From contig CAWHCQ010000021.1 of assembly GCA_963827755.1 (NCBI GenBank), positions 64,001 to 128,000 on the forward strand: a stretch of DNA of 64,000 nucleotides, read 5' to 3'. Below are positions 32,031 to 44,497 of the stretch, one piece after another. Numbering within the stretch: the stretch's first letter is position 1; the number at the start of each line of letters is the position of its first letter. A program made the translations under genes and the position numbers. The stretch comes from an uncultured Gammaproteobacteria bacterium. GTDB lineage: Bacteria > Pseudomonadota > Gammaproteobacteria > UBA9214. The notes below the pieces were generated by a model. The model was not told the origin of the DNA, did no database searches, and worked only from the letters and a program-made list of their open reading frames with translations.

Positions 32031-32047
32031 ATTAAGGGCTGCTTAAA
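32031..32047 (-). promoter_or_regulatory. PmrA/BasR-type direct-repeat box
   Basis: Minus strand TTTAAG-CAGCC-CTTAAT matches YTTAAK-N5-YTTAAK, followed 10 nt later by -10-like TAAGCT. Confidence 0.55.
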
Positions 32048-32271
32048 ACTCGCGGCGTGCGAGGCCTTCATGCTTCACAGCTGGTAGCGGCTATTTTCAA
32101 TTGCCGGGCGTCGGTTAGGGACGGACGGCACACATGTGAACCACAATATTATTGCTTACAATAAAAATGTACATATAAAAAACAAAAGCTTATAAAATAT
32201 TAGCCGTTATGCCATTAATAATTCGGCCATTCTACCCGACTTCGAATTGGCGCCGGCGCTGCCGGTATTGA

Positions 32272-34693
<2,422 letters not shown>

Positions 34694-34727
34694 TCTAGCG
34701 CCCTGTAGTTAAGCGGCTCATTATACC

Positions 34728-35807
34728 TTATCGCGCCGCTCGAATGTCGCCATGTTCCACGTGAAACCTGCGCGCGTCCTGCCGATCCTCGACATCGATC
34801 GCGGCGGCATCGATGGCCGTCACAAACACCTGGGTCGCCAGCGACCGCAGCGCGCCAAGGATGCGCGAACGGTGCCCGGCGTCCAGCTCACTGGACAGGT
34901 CATCGAGCAGAAAAGCACCCATGGGAGCCTCCCGGTCGCGTTGCAGTTTGACCTGGGCCAGCAGGAAGCCAACGGTCATGGCCTTTTGCTGCCCGCGCGA
35001 GCAATGGGCGGCAACACTGTGGCCATCGATCGACAGGCTGAAATCGGCACGCTGCGGTCCAAAGCGGGTATACCCCCGCAACCGGTCTTTCTCCAGCGCA
35101 CTCACCAGCACCTCGGACAGGTCGGCATTGGCCGGCCAGCCCGGCTGGTACCTGAGCGACACCTCTGCCCCGGGCAGGAGGTGTTCAATTTCCTCTCGCA
35201 GGCGAGGCTCCAGGGATTCAAAATAACCCGCGCGCAAGCGGTGCATTTGCTCGGCTGCCTCAAGCAGTTCCGTATTCCAGGCATGGATCGCCGCTGCCGC
35301 CTGCTGGGTCCGCAGTGCAGCATTGCGTTGACGCAGGGAACGGTTGTAGCGCTGCCAGGTTTCCCGGTAGGTGTGTTCCACGTGAAACAACGCCCAATCC
35401 AGCGCTTGGCGCCGATAGCGCGGACCACCACTGAGAATCGTCGGGGTATCGGCACTGATGACCTGTACCGGAAAACGCCCTGCCAGGTCCGACAGGCGCT
35501 TGATGGGTTGTCCATCGAGGTGAACCTGCAGACCGGCTGCCTGACGCTCGATGCCGATCGGCAGGGTCCGGCCCTCCACCTCACCTACCCGCCCAACCAG
35601 TCGATAGGAGGATTCCCCGTAACGGATGGCCTGCTCGGACACAGCGGTCCTGAAGGAGCGTACTCGCCCGAGGCAATAAATCGCCTCCAGCAGGCTGGTC
35701 TTGCCGGCGGCATTTTCACCGGTGATCAGGTTCAGGCCGGGTGAAAAGGCAAGCTGGCTGTGCTGGATATTACGAAAGTTTTTTATTTCAAAGGACAACA
35801 GGACCAT
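34728..35807 (-). CDS. recF: DNA replication/repair protein RecF
   Basis: NFRN, GENAAGKTSLLEAI, SRGQQK, LLDDLSSELD; start at MVLLSF. Confidence 0.95.
   Translation of the reverse strand: MVLLSFEIKNFRNIQHSQLAFSPGLNLITGENAAGKTSLLEAIYCLGRVRSFRTAVSEQAIRYGESSYRLVGRVGEVEGRTLPIGIERQAAGLQVHLDGQPIKRLSDLAGRFPVQVISADTPTILSGGPRYRRQALDWALFHVEHTYRETWQRYNRSLRQRNAALRTQQAAAAIHAWNTELLEAAEQMHRLRAGYFESLEPRLREEIEHLLPGAEVSLRYQPGWPANADLSEVLVSALEKDRLRGYTRFGPQRADFSLSIDGHSVAAHCSRGQQKAMTVGFLLAQVKLQRDREAPMGAFLLDDLSSELDAGHRSRILGALRSLATQVFVTAIDAAAIDVEDRQDARRFHVEHGDIRAAR
34753..34768. promoter_or_regulatory. parS site (ParB loading site) in the recF 3' end
   Basis: TGTTCCACGTGAAACC, near-consensus parS palindrome. Confidence 0.85.
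35374..35389. promoter_or_regulatory. parS site within recF
   Basis: TGTTCCACGTGAAACA, consensus parS. Confidence 0.9.
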
Positions 35808-35869
35808 GGATGGTGTTGGCATTGCCGGGGCAGCGCCTGGACTGGATGGGCCGCAGTGAGTGCGGGCCA

Positions 35870-36971
35870 CTAAAGCCGCATGGGCATGACCACATAGCGG
35901 CAATCCTGGCCACCCGGGTTATTGATCAGGGCACTGCTGTTGGCATCGCTCATCTGCAGTTCCACGTCCTCGGTCTCGATGACATTCAGCACGTCGAGCA
36001 GGTAGGTCACATTAAATCCCACCACAATGGGTTCGCCCTCATAACGCGCCTCGATTTCTTCGACCGCTTCCTCTTGCTCAGGGTTATGTGCTTGAATTTT
36101 AATGTTATTTTCAGAAACATCGAGGCGTATGCCACGGTATTTTTCATTCGACAGGATCGACGTACGGGTGAGTGCCTGGCGCAACTGGTCACGCTTGATC
36201 ACCACGCATTTGTCGGTCGATTTCGGGATCACGCGCGTGTAATCCGGAAAGCGGCCGTCAATCAACTTGGAGGTAAAACGCAGTTCAGCGGTGCTGATGC
36301 GGATATGGTTTTCGCCGATTTCGATCTGCAACGTACTGTCGTTTTCGTCCAGCAAACGATGTAATTCCTGGATACCCTTGCGCGGCACGATCACCTGGGG
36401 ACCGCTGCTGTCGCCGACATCCACCGCCAGCTCGCACATCGCCAGCCGGTGTCCGTCAGTGGCGACCGCGCGTAACACGCCTGCGTCGGCTTCCAGCATC
36501 AGGCCGTTCAGGTAATAACGGACATCCTGTTGCGCCATGGCAAAGGCGGTGCGCTCAATCAGGCCGTGCAGATCTTTTTCAGCGATGGAAAACTTGCGCG
36601 CACTTTTAATCCGGTCGACAACAGGAAACTCGTCGGCCGGTAATGTCGACAGGGTAAAGCGGCTCTTCCCCGAGGTGATATAGCAACGATCTTTTTTTAC
36701 GGAAATATCGATCTTCGCCTCTTCCGGCAGAGTGCGGCAGATATCGAGCAGTTTACGTGCCGGCAAGGTGATATCACCGGTCTCGGTCACCGTGACTGCA
36801 ACCTGTGCCTGTAATTCCACTTCCAGGTCCGTTGCGGTCAGTCTTGATATTTTTTTTCGTCGTCGTCAGCAGAACATTACCCAGCACGGGTAGTGTTTGA
36901 CGTCGTTCAACGACACCGATGACTTGCTGAAGGGGCTTTAAAAAGACTTCTCTTTGAATACTGAATTTCAT
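35870..36971 (-). CDS. dnaN: DNA polymerase III beta clamp (apparent +1 insertion near 36843-36857)
   Basis: MKFSIQRE..VERRQTLPVLGN then shifted LTATDLEVEL; QDVRYYLNG, VATDGHRLA, YVVMPMRL. Confidence 0.96.
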
Positions 36972-37179
36972 AAGTATAAAAAATAATATCAAGTTATATA
37001 TGTTTTATAGTTGTGTTTATTAGTCCAGCCAATATCTGTGGACAAGCACGTAAACACCCCTGTATTCATAGCACTACACGACCTGACAGTTTATGTTTAA
37101 TCGTGTGACGACCTGTGTGCGGGCTGTGGATAAAAAAGGATAACTTTGTGTTTGCAAAACCATCCACAGCTTGTCCACA
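36972..37179. other. Probable oriC (dnaA-dnaN intergenic)
   Basis: AT-rich DUE-like tract 36972-37022; DnaA boxes TGTGGACAA 37037-37045, TGTGGATAA 37125-37133 (perfect), CCATCCACA 37160-37168, TTGTCCACA 37171-37179. Confidence 0.75.
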
Positions 37180-38514
37180 TTATGTTGTCAAGGTTCTCAA
37201 CAGATTGTTGTAATCCTGGTTCATGCGCGCATCACTTTCACGCAGTTCGGCAATCTTGCGGCAGGCATGCAACACCGTGGTGTGATCACGTCCGCCAAAG
37301 GCATCGCCGATCTCCGGCAAACTGTGCGTGGTCAGTTCCTTGGCAAGTGCCATGGCCACCTGGCGCGGGCGCGCGATCGTGCGTGTGCGTCGTGCCGACA
37401 ACAGTTCGGCAATGCGAATTTTATAATATTCAACGACGACCTTCTGGATGTTGCTGATGGTGACCAGCTTGTCCTGCAGCGCGAGCAGGTCACGCAGGGC
37501 TTCCTTGGCAACATCCAGGGAAATCGGCTGGCCGGTGAAGCGGGCACTCGCGGCAACGCGCCGCAGGGCGCCTTCCAGCTCGCGGATATTCGACTGGATC
37601 CGCTTGGCGATGAAGAAGGCCACGTCGCTGGGTAAATCAATGCCGGCCTGCTCGGCCTTGCTCATCAGGATGGCCACGCGGGTTTCCAGCTCGGCCGGCT
37701 CGATGGCCGCGGTCAGCCCCCAGCCAAAACGCGATTTGAGGCGTTCCTCAAGGCCGCTCACTTCCTTGGGATAGCGGTCACAGGTCAGGATCACCTGCTG
37801 CTGGCTCTCAAGCAAGGCATTGAAAGTATGAAAGAATTCTTCCTGGGAGCGCTCCTTGCCGGCAAAAAACTGGATATCATCGATGAGCAGGGCATCGACG
37901 GTGCGGTAGAAGCGCTTGAACTCATTGATGGTGTTGTGCTGCAGGGCCTGCACCATGTCGGCGACGAAACGCTCGGAATGCAGATAAACCACACGTGCAG
38001 AGGGGTTGTTTTGCACGATCAGGTTGCCAACGGCATGCATCAGGTGGGTCTTGCCCAGGCCGACACCCCCGTAGATGAACAGCGGGTTGTAGGCACCGCC
38101 GGGGTTTTCCCCGACCTGCATGGAGGCGGCGCGCGCCAGCTGGTTGGATTTGCCGGCGACAAAGCTGTCGAAGGTGAATTCCGGGTTCAGGCTGCTCTTG
38201 TGGTGCACCGCGGGTGCGCCGGTGTGGCCGCCCGGTTCCGGGGCCATGGGTGCGGGAATTTTCTGGGTGCTGCCGATATCGAGTTGCACGCGGGTGTGGC
38301 AGTCAGGCCCGATCTGTTGCAGGGCCTCGGAAATGGTTTTGAAATGGTGCTTGCGGACCCAGTCGAGGACAAACTGGTTGGGGGCAAGCAGGCGCAGGTC
38401 CTCCCCGGACTCGACGGCGTGCAGCGGGCGTATCCAGGTGTTGAATTGTTGCTCCGGCAGCTCATTTTCCAGACGAACAAGGCACTTTTGCCAGAGCGTC
38501 ACATCCACTGTCAT
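37180..38514 (-). CDS. dnaA: Chromosomal replication initiator DnaA
   Basis: [44 protein letters not shown]. Confidence 0.98.
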   Translation of the reverse strand: MTVDVTLWQKCLVRLENELPEQQFNTWIRPLHAVESGEDLRLLAPNQFVLDWVRKHHFKTISEALQQIGPDCHTRVQLDIGSTQKIPAPMAPEPGGHTGAPAVHHKSSLNPEFTFDSFVAGKSNQLARAASMQVGENPGGAYNPLFIYGGVGLGKTHLMHAVGNLIVQNNPSARVVYLHSERFVADMVQALQHNTINEFKRFYRTVDALLIDDIQFFAGKERSQEEFFHTFNALLESQQQVILTCDRYPKEVSGLEERLKSRFGWGLTAAIEPAELETRVAILMSKAEQAGIDLPSDVAFFIAKRIQSNIRELEGALRRVAASARFTGQPISLDVAKEALRDLLALQDKLVTISNIQKVVVEYYKIRIAELLSARRTRTIARPRQVAMALAKELTTHSLPEIGDAFGGRDHTTVLHACRKIAELRESDARMNQDYNNLLRTLTT

Positions 38515-38577
38515 CCCCCCTTTTTCTTAGTATGACCAGCTCAACCGAGGGGGGGATTCTATACCTGTCGAATAAAG

Positions 38578-38586
38578 TTATCCACA
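38578..38586 (+). promoter_or_regulatory. DnaA box in the dnaA/rpmH promoter region
   Basis: Perfect TTATCCACA. Confidence 0.8.
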
Positions 38587-38618
38587 CCCTCTCCCAAGTC
38601 ATTGAGTCTATATATCAG

Positions 38619-38648
38619 TTGACAGTACAGCATTGAAAACAGTACTCT
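38619..38648 (+). promoter_or_regulatory. Putative sigma70 promoter of the rpmH operon
   Basis: TTGACA-N18-TACTCT. Confidence 0.6.
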
Positions 38649-38713
38649 TTGCGCCCTTTTCTGCTCAGGCAGGAAGCGATTTCAATCGTGTAACCACATA
38701 GAAGTGATGTGTC

Positions 38714-38848
38714 ATGAAAAGAACCTATCAACCCAGCAACCTGAAGCGCAAGCGCACCCATGGCTTTAGAGCCCGCATGGCTACCAAGAACGGCCGCCGT
38801 GTCATTAATGCGCGTCGTGCCAAGGGCCGGGCCTCGCTGACCGTCTGA
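38714..38848 (+). CDS. rpmH: 50S ribosomal protein L34
   Basis: Manual translation [44 protein letters not shown] (below the ORF-track cutoff). Confidence 0.98.
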   Translation: MKRTYQPSNLKRKRTHGFRARMATKNGRRVINARRAKGRASLTV

Positions 38849-38854
38849 TCTCCC

Positions 38855-39232
38855 TTGTGTCCCGGCTCAACGCGTTTCCCACGGCGGGCACGCCTGACAG
38901 AAGCGGATGACTTTGGGAAGGTTTTCAAACAGTGTAACTATCGGCTGAGCGATCGCTGGTTTACCCTGCTGGCGAACACCGGCCCTGTTGATCAGCCCCG
39001 GCTTGGACTGGCAATTTCACGCAAGGTCGCCCGCAACGCGGTCGCCCGGAATCGCATCAAGCGGGTCATACGGGAAAGTTTCCGCCACTGGCAGAGTCAC
39101 CTGGATTCGCTGGATATCGTGATACTGGGTCGTGCCGGTGTCAGCACTCAACCCAACCATGTGCTCAATGCAGCCCTGGAAAAACTCTGGACACAGTTGA
39201 TCGAAAAATGCGCTGGCTCATCCTCCAACTGA
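38855..39232 (+). CDS. rnpA: Ribonuclease P protein component
   Basis: RLGLAISRK, AVARNRIKRVIRESFR (RNR motif). Confidence 0.95.
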   Translation: MCPGSTRFPRRARLTEADDFGKVFKQCNYRLSDRWFTLLANTGPVDQPRLGLAISRKVARNAVARNRIKRVIRESFRHWQSHLDSLDIVILGRAGVSTQPNHVLNAALEKLWTQLIEKCAGSSSN

Positions 39233-39444
39233 TACGCGGTTATCGTTACCTGCTGAGTCCCTGGCTGGGCAGTCATTGCCGCTTCTATCCAAGCTGTTCC
39301 TGTTATGCGCAGACGGCCGTCGAGCGTTACGGTGCGTTGCGCGGCACGGCCATGGCGGTCATGCGCCTGTTGCGTTGTCATCCGTGGAGTGCGGGCGGCA
39401 TCGACGAAGTCCCCGAAAAAGAGGCCGGCCACACGCATGGATAA
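39208..39444 (+). CDS. yidD: Membrane protein insertion efficiency factor YidD
   Basis: CRFYPSCSCYA, RCHPW..GGID. Confidence 0.95.
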   Translation: MRWLILQLIRGYRYLLSPWLGSHCRFYPSCSCYAQTAVERYGALRGTAMAVMRLLRCHPWSAGGIDEVPEKEAGHTHG

Positions 39445-41095
39445 TCAACGCTTGATACTTTTCGTGGCGCTGTCCTTCGTCATCCTGCTGTTGTGGCAGG
39501 CCTGGCAGGAAGATTACGGGCCGCGGTCAGTCGAGACGCCCGCACCGGCAGCCACACCGGCGACGCCCGCAACCGGCATGCCTGCGATCGATGCAGCGGA
39601 TGACATCCCCGGTGCCGTGCTCGAGCCTGCACAGCCCGGCGCCGTACCGGAGACGGACCTGCTGAAGACCGGCAAGAGTATTAGCATAGAAACCGACCTG
39701 TTCAGGCTCAAGCTCGATACCACCGGCGGGGATATACGCCAGGCCGACCTGCTTGCCTACCCGGCAACCACCGACCCGGATTCCCCGCCCTTCCGCCTCT
39801 TGAATGACAGTTTGCCGAACCTGTTTTTTGTGCAATCGGGCCTGCGTACCCGCTCCGGTACCGAGCCTACCCACCATGTCGTCTACAGCGCGGAACAGGA
39901 CCACTATCGCCTGGCGGATGCTGCCGACGAGTTGCAGGTAGCCTTAAGCTGGCGCAGCCCGGAAGGTGTCGAGGTGATCAAGCGCTATACCTTTCACCGC
40001 GGCAGTTACGTGGTCGATCTGGAACACGAGGTTCGCAATGGCAGTGGCAGTGACTGGCAGGGCCGCCAGTACCGCCAGTTGCAACGGACCCAGGTGGCAG
40101 AAACCGGGCAGAGTACTTTTATATATACCTACATGGGCGGCGTGCTTTACAGCCCGGAAGAAAAATACGAAAAGATAACGTTCGAAGACATGGTCGATGC
40201 GAATCTCGATCGCAGCGTCACCGATGGCTGGGCAGCCATGCTGCAGCATTATTTTGTCGGCGCGCTGATTCCGGACCGCGGCGAGGAGAATCGTTATTAC
40301 ACCAAGACCCTGAGCAACGCGCGCTATGTCATCGGCCTGATCTCGCCGACGCGCAGCATTGCCGCGGGTGACAGCGCCACGTTCACCAGCAAACTTTTCA
40401 TCGGTCCGAAACTGCAGGGCAAGATGAAAGAGGCTGCACCGGGCCTGGAACTGACCGTCGACTACGGCCTGCTCACGGTGCTGGCGCAACCGGTATTCTG
40501 GCTGCTGAAAACACTGCACGGTTTTCTCGGCAACTGGGGCTGGGCCATTGTCTTCGTCACCCTGATCATCAAGCTGGCCTTCTACAAGCTGTCCGAGACC
40601 AGTTATCGCTCCATGGCCAACATGCGCCGCCTTACCCCGCGGCTGAAATCGCTGAAGGAGCGTTTCGGCGACGACCGCCAGAAGCTCAACCAGGCGATGA
40701 TGGAGCTGTACAAGAAGGAAAAGATCAACCCGCTCGGCGGCTGCCTGCCGATCCTGGTGCAGATCCCGGTGTTCATCTCGCTCTACTGGGTGCTGCTGGA
40801 AAGCGTTGAACTGCGCCAGGCGCCGTTCATGCTGTGGATCACCGACATGTCCGCGCAGGATCCGTATTACATCCTGCCGTTGCTGATGGGCGCCACCATG
40901 CTCATCCAGCAGAAGCTCAATCCCGCACCAATGGACCCGATCCAGGCCAAGGTAATGATGGCGTTGCCGGTCGTGTTCACCGTGTTCTTCGCCTTCTTCC
41001 CCTCCGGCCTGGTGCTCTACTGGGTGGTCAACAACACCCTCTCCATCGCCCAGCAATGGATGATCACCCGGCGCGTCGAGGCCGGCGCAAAGTAG
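39437..41095 (+). CDS. yidC: Membrane protein insertase YidC
   Basis: MDNQRLIL start, VDYG, GNWGWAI, NPLGGCLP, ELRQAPF, GLVLYW. Confidence 0.97.
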   Translation: MDNQRLILFVALSFVILLLWQAWQEDYGPRSVETPAPAATPATPATGMPAIDAADDIPGAVLEPAQPGAVPETDLLKTGKSISIETDLFRLKLDTTGGDIRQADLLAYPATTDPDSPPFRLLNDSLPNLFFVQSGLRTRSGTEPTHHVVYSAEQDHYRLADAADELQVALSWRSPEGVEVIKRYTFHRGSYVVDLEHEVRNGSGSDWQGRQYRQLQRTQVAETGQSTFIYTYMGGVLYSPEEKYEKITFEDMVDANLDRSVTDGWAAMLQHYFVGALIPDRGEENRYYTKTLSNARYVIGLISPTRSIAAGDSATFTSKLFIGPKLQGKMKEAAPGLELTVDYGLLTVLAQPVFWLLKTLHGFLGNWGWAIVFVTLIIKLAFYKLSETSYRSMANMRRLTPRLKSLKERFGDDRQKLNQAMMELYKKEKINPLGGCLPILVQIPVFISLYWVLLESVELRQAPFMLWITDMSAQDPYYILPLLMGATMLIQQKLNPAPMDPIQAKVMMALPVVFTVFFAFFPSGLVLYWVVNNTLSIAQQWMITRRVEAGAK

Positions 41096-41148
41096 GCTGC
41101 GTTCCACGCACTACTGACGTTGTTCGTGGTATGTACAACGCACCCTGC
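41092..41148. repeat. Degenerate GTAG-type REP doublet (REPIN-like)
   Basis: GTAGGCTGCGTTCCACGCACT ... GGTATGTACAACGCACCCTGC imperfect inverted pair; the GTAG supplies the yidC stop. Confidence 0.55.
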
Positions 41149-41203
41149 AAACGTCCTCTGCGCCCTGAATGACTGCACACCACGCATCCAGAGACAGCAC
41201 CGC

Positions 41204-42550
41204 ATGACCTTCGACACTATCGCCGCCATCGCAACGCCTGCCGGTCGCGGCGGCGTCGGCATCGTGCGCCTGTCCGGGCCCGATGTACCTGTGATCGCAG
41301 AAAAACTGCTCGGCACCCTGCCACGACCGCGTTATGCGGAGCTGCATGATTTTCGCGATGCCGACAATACACTGATCGACAGCGGCCTGGTATTGTACTT
41401 CGCGGCACCGGCCTCCTTCACCGGCGAGCATGTACTTGAACTGCAGGGTCACGGCGGCCCGGTGGTGATGAACCTGTTGCTCGCGCGCGTGCTGTCACTC
41501 GGCGCGCGCCCTGCCCGCCCAGGTGAATTTTCCGAGCGCGCGTTTTTGAATGACAAGCTCGACCTCGCCCAGGCCGAGGCGATTGCCGATCTCATCGACA
41601 GCGGCACTGCCCAGGCCGCACGGGCGGCGGTGCATTCACTGCAGGGTGAATTTTCCGGGCGCGTGCATGCGCTGGTGGAATTGCTCACTCAAGTGCGCAT
41701 GTACGTCGAGGCAGCCATCGATTTTCCCGAAGAGGAAATCGACTTCCTCTCCGACACGGGTCTTGCGCAGCTGCTGGCTCGATTGCGGGCGGACTTTGAT
41801 GCGTTGATCGCAGGCGCACAACAGGGCTGCCTGCTGCGCGACGGCATGACGCTGGTGATTGCCGGACGACCGAACGCCGGCAAATCGAGCTTGCTGAACG
41901 CCCTCTCCGGCCGCGACGCGGCCATTGTCACGGAAATTCCCGGCACCACCCGCGACGTGCTGCGCGAATACATCCAGCTCGATGGCCTGCCGTTGCATAT
42001 CCTCGATACCGCCGGCCTGCACGACAGCGACGACCCGGTTGAACAGGCCGGCATGCAGCGCACCCGCGCGGCGCTGGTACAGGCCGACCGGGTGTTGCTG
42101 GTCATCGACGACCAGCAGGGTTTTACCGCGGCCGATGAAGCCATTCTCGCGCAGCTGCCGAAAAACGTGCCCGCGACCCATGTGTATAACAAAATTGATT
42201 TAACTGGCCGCAGTCCCGGCCTGGATACAGTGACCGGAGAACCCGTCGTCGCCCTTTCCGCACAGAACACTGCCGGGCTGGACGCATTGCGCGCCTACCT
42301 GAAACAGAGTATCGGTTACGCCGACCAGGGCGAAGGCGCATTCAGCGCACGGCAGCGGCATCTCGACGTGCTCGAGCGCGCGCAGACGCATTTCGAAACC
42401 GGTGTCGCCCTGCTGGAAAGCCGGCGTGCCGGTGAACTGCTGGCCGAGGAGTTGCGCCTGGCCCAGCAGCGGCTTGGCGAGATCACCGGCGAGGTCAGCA
42501 GTGACGAACTGCTGGGCCGGATTTTCAGCAGTTTCTGTATCGGCAAGTGA
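41204..42550 (+). CDS. mnmE: tRNA modification GTPase MnmE
   Basis: [32 protein letters not shown]-terminal FCIGK. Confidence 0.97.
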   Translation: MTFDTIAAIATPAGRGGVGIVRLSGPDVPVIAEKLLGTLPRPRYAELHDFRDADNTLIDSGLVLYFAAPASFTGEHVLELQGHGGPVVMNLLLARVLSLGARPARPGEFSERAFLNDKLDLAQAEAIADLIDSGTAQAARAAVHSLQGEFSGRVHALVELLTQVRMYVEAAIDFPEEEIDFLSDTGLAQLLARLRADFDALIAGAQQGCLLRDGMTLVIAGRPNAGKSSLLNALSGRDAAIVTEIPGTTRDVLREYIQLDGLPLHILDTAGLHDSDDPVEQAGMQRTRAALVQADRVLLVIDDQQGFTAADEAILAQLPKNVPATHVYNKIDLTGRSPGLDTVTGEPVVALSAQNTAGLDALRAYLKQSIGYADQGEGAFSARQRHLDVLERAQTHFETGVALLESRRAGELLAEELRLAQQRLGEITGEVSSDELLGRIFSSFCIGK

Positions 42551-42605
42551 GGGTTGCGCCCTATCTGATGTATATTTAACCCGGCACATCATGGCGGAGG
42601 CCTTA

Positions 42606-43064
42606 ATGTCGGCAGCACTGCAAGCCATACTGGACCACCCCGCTTTCCCGCAGCGCCATGCCTGGTGGCGCGAGGACTTTGGCCCGGGACAGGCCATCGT
42701 CGAGGAAAACCACCGCAGCCGCGACCTGTTCATGATTGAAAGCGGTGTCGTGCGCGTCAACAAGGACATCGCCGTCACCGAGGAGCGGCACATGCAATCG
42801 GGGCTGCTGGAGCTGAGCAAGGGCGAGATCTTTGGCGAGCTGTGCCTGTTCGGCGATGTCGTGCGCAGCGCCTCGGTCGTCGCCCTGACGCGCGGGGTGT
42901 TGATCCATGTCGACGGCATCCTGCTGGCAAAATTCATGGACCAGCATGTCGAACAGGGTTATGCCCTGCTGAAGGAATTTTTCATCCACCATGCGGCCAT
43001 GCTGAGCGATGGCAATGAACGCTACAGCGCGCTCTACGCCCGGCAATTGCTCGAGGATGACTGA
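42606..43064 (+). CDS. Stand-alone cyclic nucleotide-binding domain protein
   Basis: LFMIESGVVRV, GEIFGELCLF..RSASV phosphate-binding cassette; no C-terminal HTH; GGAGG SD before ATG 42606. Confidence 0.82.
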   Translation: MSAALQAILDHPAFPQRHAWWREDFGPGQAIVEENHRSRDLFMIESGVVRVNKDIAVTEERHMQSGLLELSKGEIFGELCLFGDVVRSASVVALTRGVLIHVDGILLAKFMDQHVEQGYALLKEFFIHHAAMLSDGNERYSALYARQLLEDD

Positions 43065-43172
43065 CGCTGAACCGCGCTTGTGCAGCCCTGTCGAACGCCC
43101 GCCGCAACCGTCCCGGGCAAGCCCCGAAGGCACAAAATCATCAAAACACCAAATTTAGATACCACCTCAAAA

Positions 43173-43212
43173 TGTAATATATATAATTGTATTTATTATA
43201 TATATTGTTACA
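43173..43212. other. AT-rich inverted repeat upstream of the methyltransferase gene
   Basis: AATATATATAAT-N7-ATTATATATATT perfect 12-bp IR flanked by TGT...ACA. Confidence 0.7.
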
Positions 43213-43235
43213 TATCCCCGTGAGTTTTTACGCGA

Positions 43236-44123
43236 GTGGCTGATCCAGAAAAAATGAGCTCGCGCGAGCTGGGGCTGGTGCTGGCGCAGCAACTGCTCGA
43301 TGTCGAGGACCTGCACTACGGGTTATGGGACGCGGACCTGGCGCTGTCGCTCGCCAATGTGCCCGTCGCCCAGCAGCGTTACACCACCCTGCTGCTGGAC
43401 CTGCTCGCACGGCTGCTGGCCGGTATCGAGCGGCCGCGCGTTCTCGATGTCGGCTGTGGCACCGGGCACATGCTGGAGCAGTTGCTGGCGCACGGATTCG
43501 CGGTTGACGCAATCAACCCGTCCGCGCATCTGAATGCGCAGGTGCGCGCGCGGCTGGCGAAGCTCGATGCCGGTGCGACCCGCCTGTTTGAGTCCACCTT
43601 CGAGGCGCTGCCGGCGGACGCCTGCCGGCACCGCTATGACCTGCTGCTGTTCAGTGAAAGTTTTCAGTACATCCCGCTGCCGGAATTTTTTGCCAACAGC
43701 GCCCGCCTGTTGAAGACCGACGGTCGTGTAGTGATCTGTGATTTTTTCAAGACCGCCGCGCATTGTGACGGCGAGCCCGGCGACCGCAGTTTCAGTGGCG
43801 GCCACCTGCTCGACGACTTTTACGGGCGCGTCGCCGACGCCCCTTTTGAGATCGAACAAGATGAAGACCTCACCAGGCGGGTCAGCCCGAACATCGCCCT
43901 GCTCGATGAGTGGCTGACAGGGCGGCTGGCACCCGCCGCCGGGTCGATCGACCAGTACCTGCAGGGCGCCTACCCGAAGACGTCGGGCCTTTTGAAATGG
44001 CTGCTGCGTAAAAAGCTGGCGCGGGCCCGCTACAAGTACCTGTCCGGCAACCGCAGCCAGGCGGTGTTTGAGAAATACAAAAGCTACCGGCTGATCGTCC
44101 TGCGGGTTGGCCGGGGCGGGTGA
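43236..44123 (+). CDS. Class I SAM-dependent methyltransferase (sterol/tocopherol MT-like HYGxW motif)
   Basis: LHYGLW, AQ, VLDVGCGTG, FSESFQY; start GTG 43236 or ATG 43254. Confidence 0.88.
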   Translation: MADPEKMSSRELGLVLAQQLLDVEDLHYGLWDADLALSLANVPVAQQRYTTLLLDLLARLLAGIERPRVLDVGCGTGHMLEQLLAHGFAVDAINPSAHLNAQVRARLAKLDAGATRLFESTFEALPADACRHRYDLLLFSESFQYIPLPEFFANSARLLKTDGRVVICDFFKTAAHCDGEPGDRSFSGGHLLDDFYGRVADAPFEIEQDEDLTRRVSPNIALLDEWLTGRLAPAAGSIDQYLQGAYPKTSGLLKWLLRKKLARARYKYLSGNRSQAVFEKYKSYRLIVLRVGRGG

Positions 44124-44443
44124 GTGGCGGGCATGCTGTATGCGGCGCCCGGTGAATATATAGGGTCGACTCAATATTTTTAGTCTGGCTACCTGTTAAA
44201 CCGGCGGAATTTCGTGAAAATACGAGCATTTATTGTTGTGGGCTAAAAATATATACATTACTATACTAAACAAGTTAAAGGATTATTATTAATACAGTTT
44301 CACCGGAAATATCTGCGGGTTAGCGGACGTCTCGGCGGACAATTAAACCCATCCAGGTCGCTTTTGGCGATAAACCACAGAAAAATATGTGTTTATACCG
44401 GGGTTGGCCGCCGCGTCAAGTGAGCAACCATTTTATATATATT

Positions 44444-44456
44444 AATCAGTGCTTTA
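44444..44456 (+). promoter_or_regulatory. Putative IHF site in the AT-rich tetR upstream region
   Basis: AATCAGTGCTTTA matches WATCARNNNNTTR with an upstream A/T tract. Confidence 0.45.
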
Positions 44457-44497
44457 TAGATATATACTTCGATATAAATTTAGGGTAAACCATACTT

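Noticed and set aside
36843-36857. Programmed frameshift or slippage at the A8 run in dnaN
   Set aside because: One of ten similar +1 insertions across unrelated genes; sequencing error is more parsimonious
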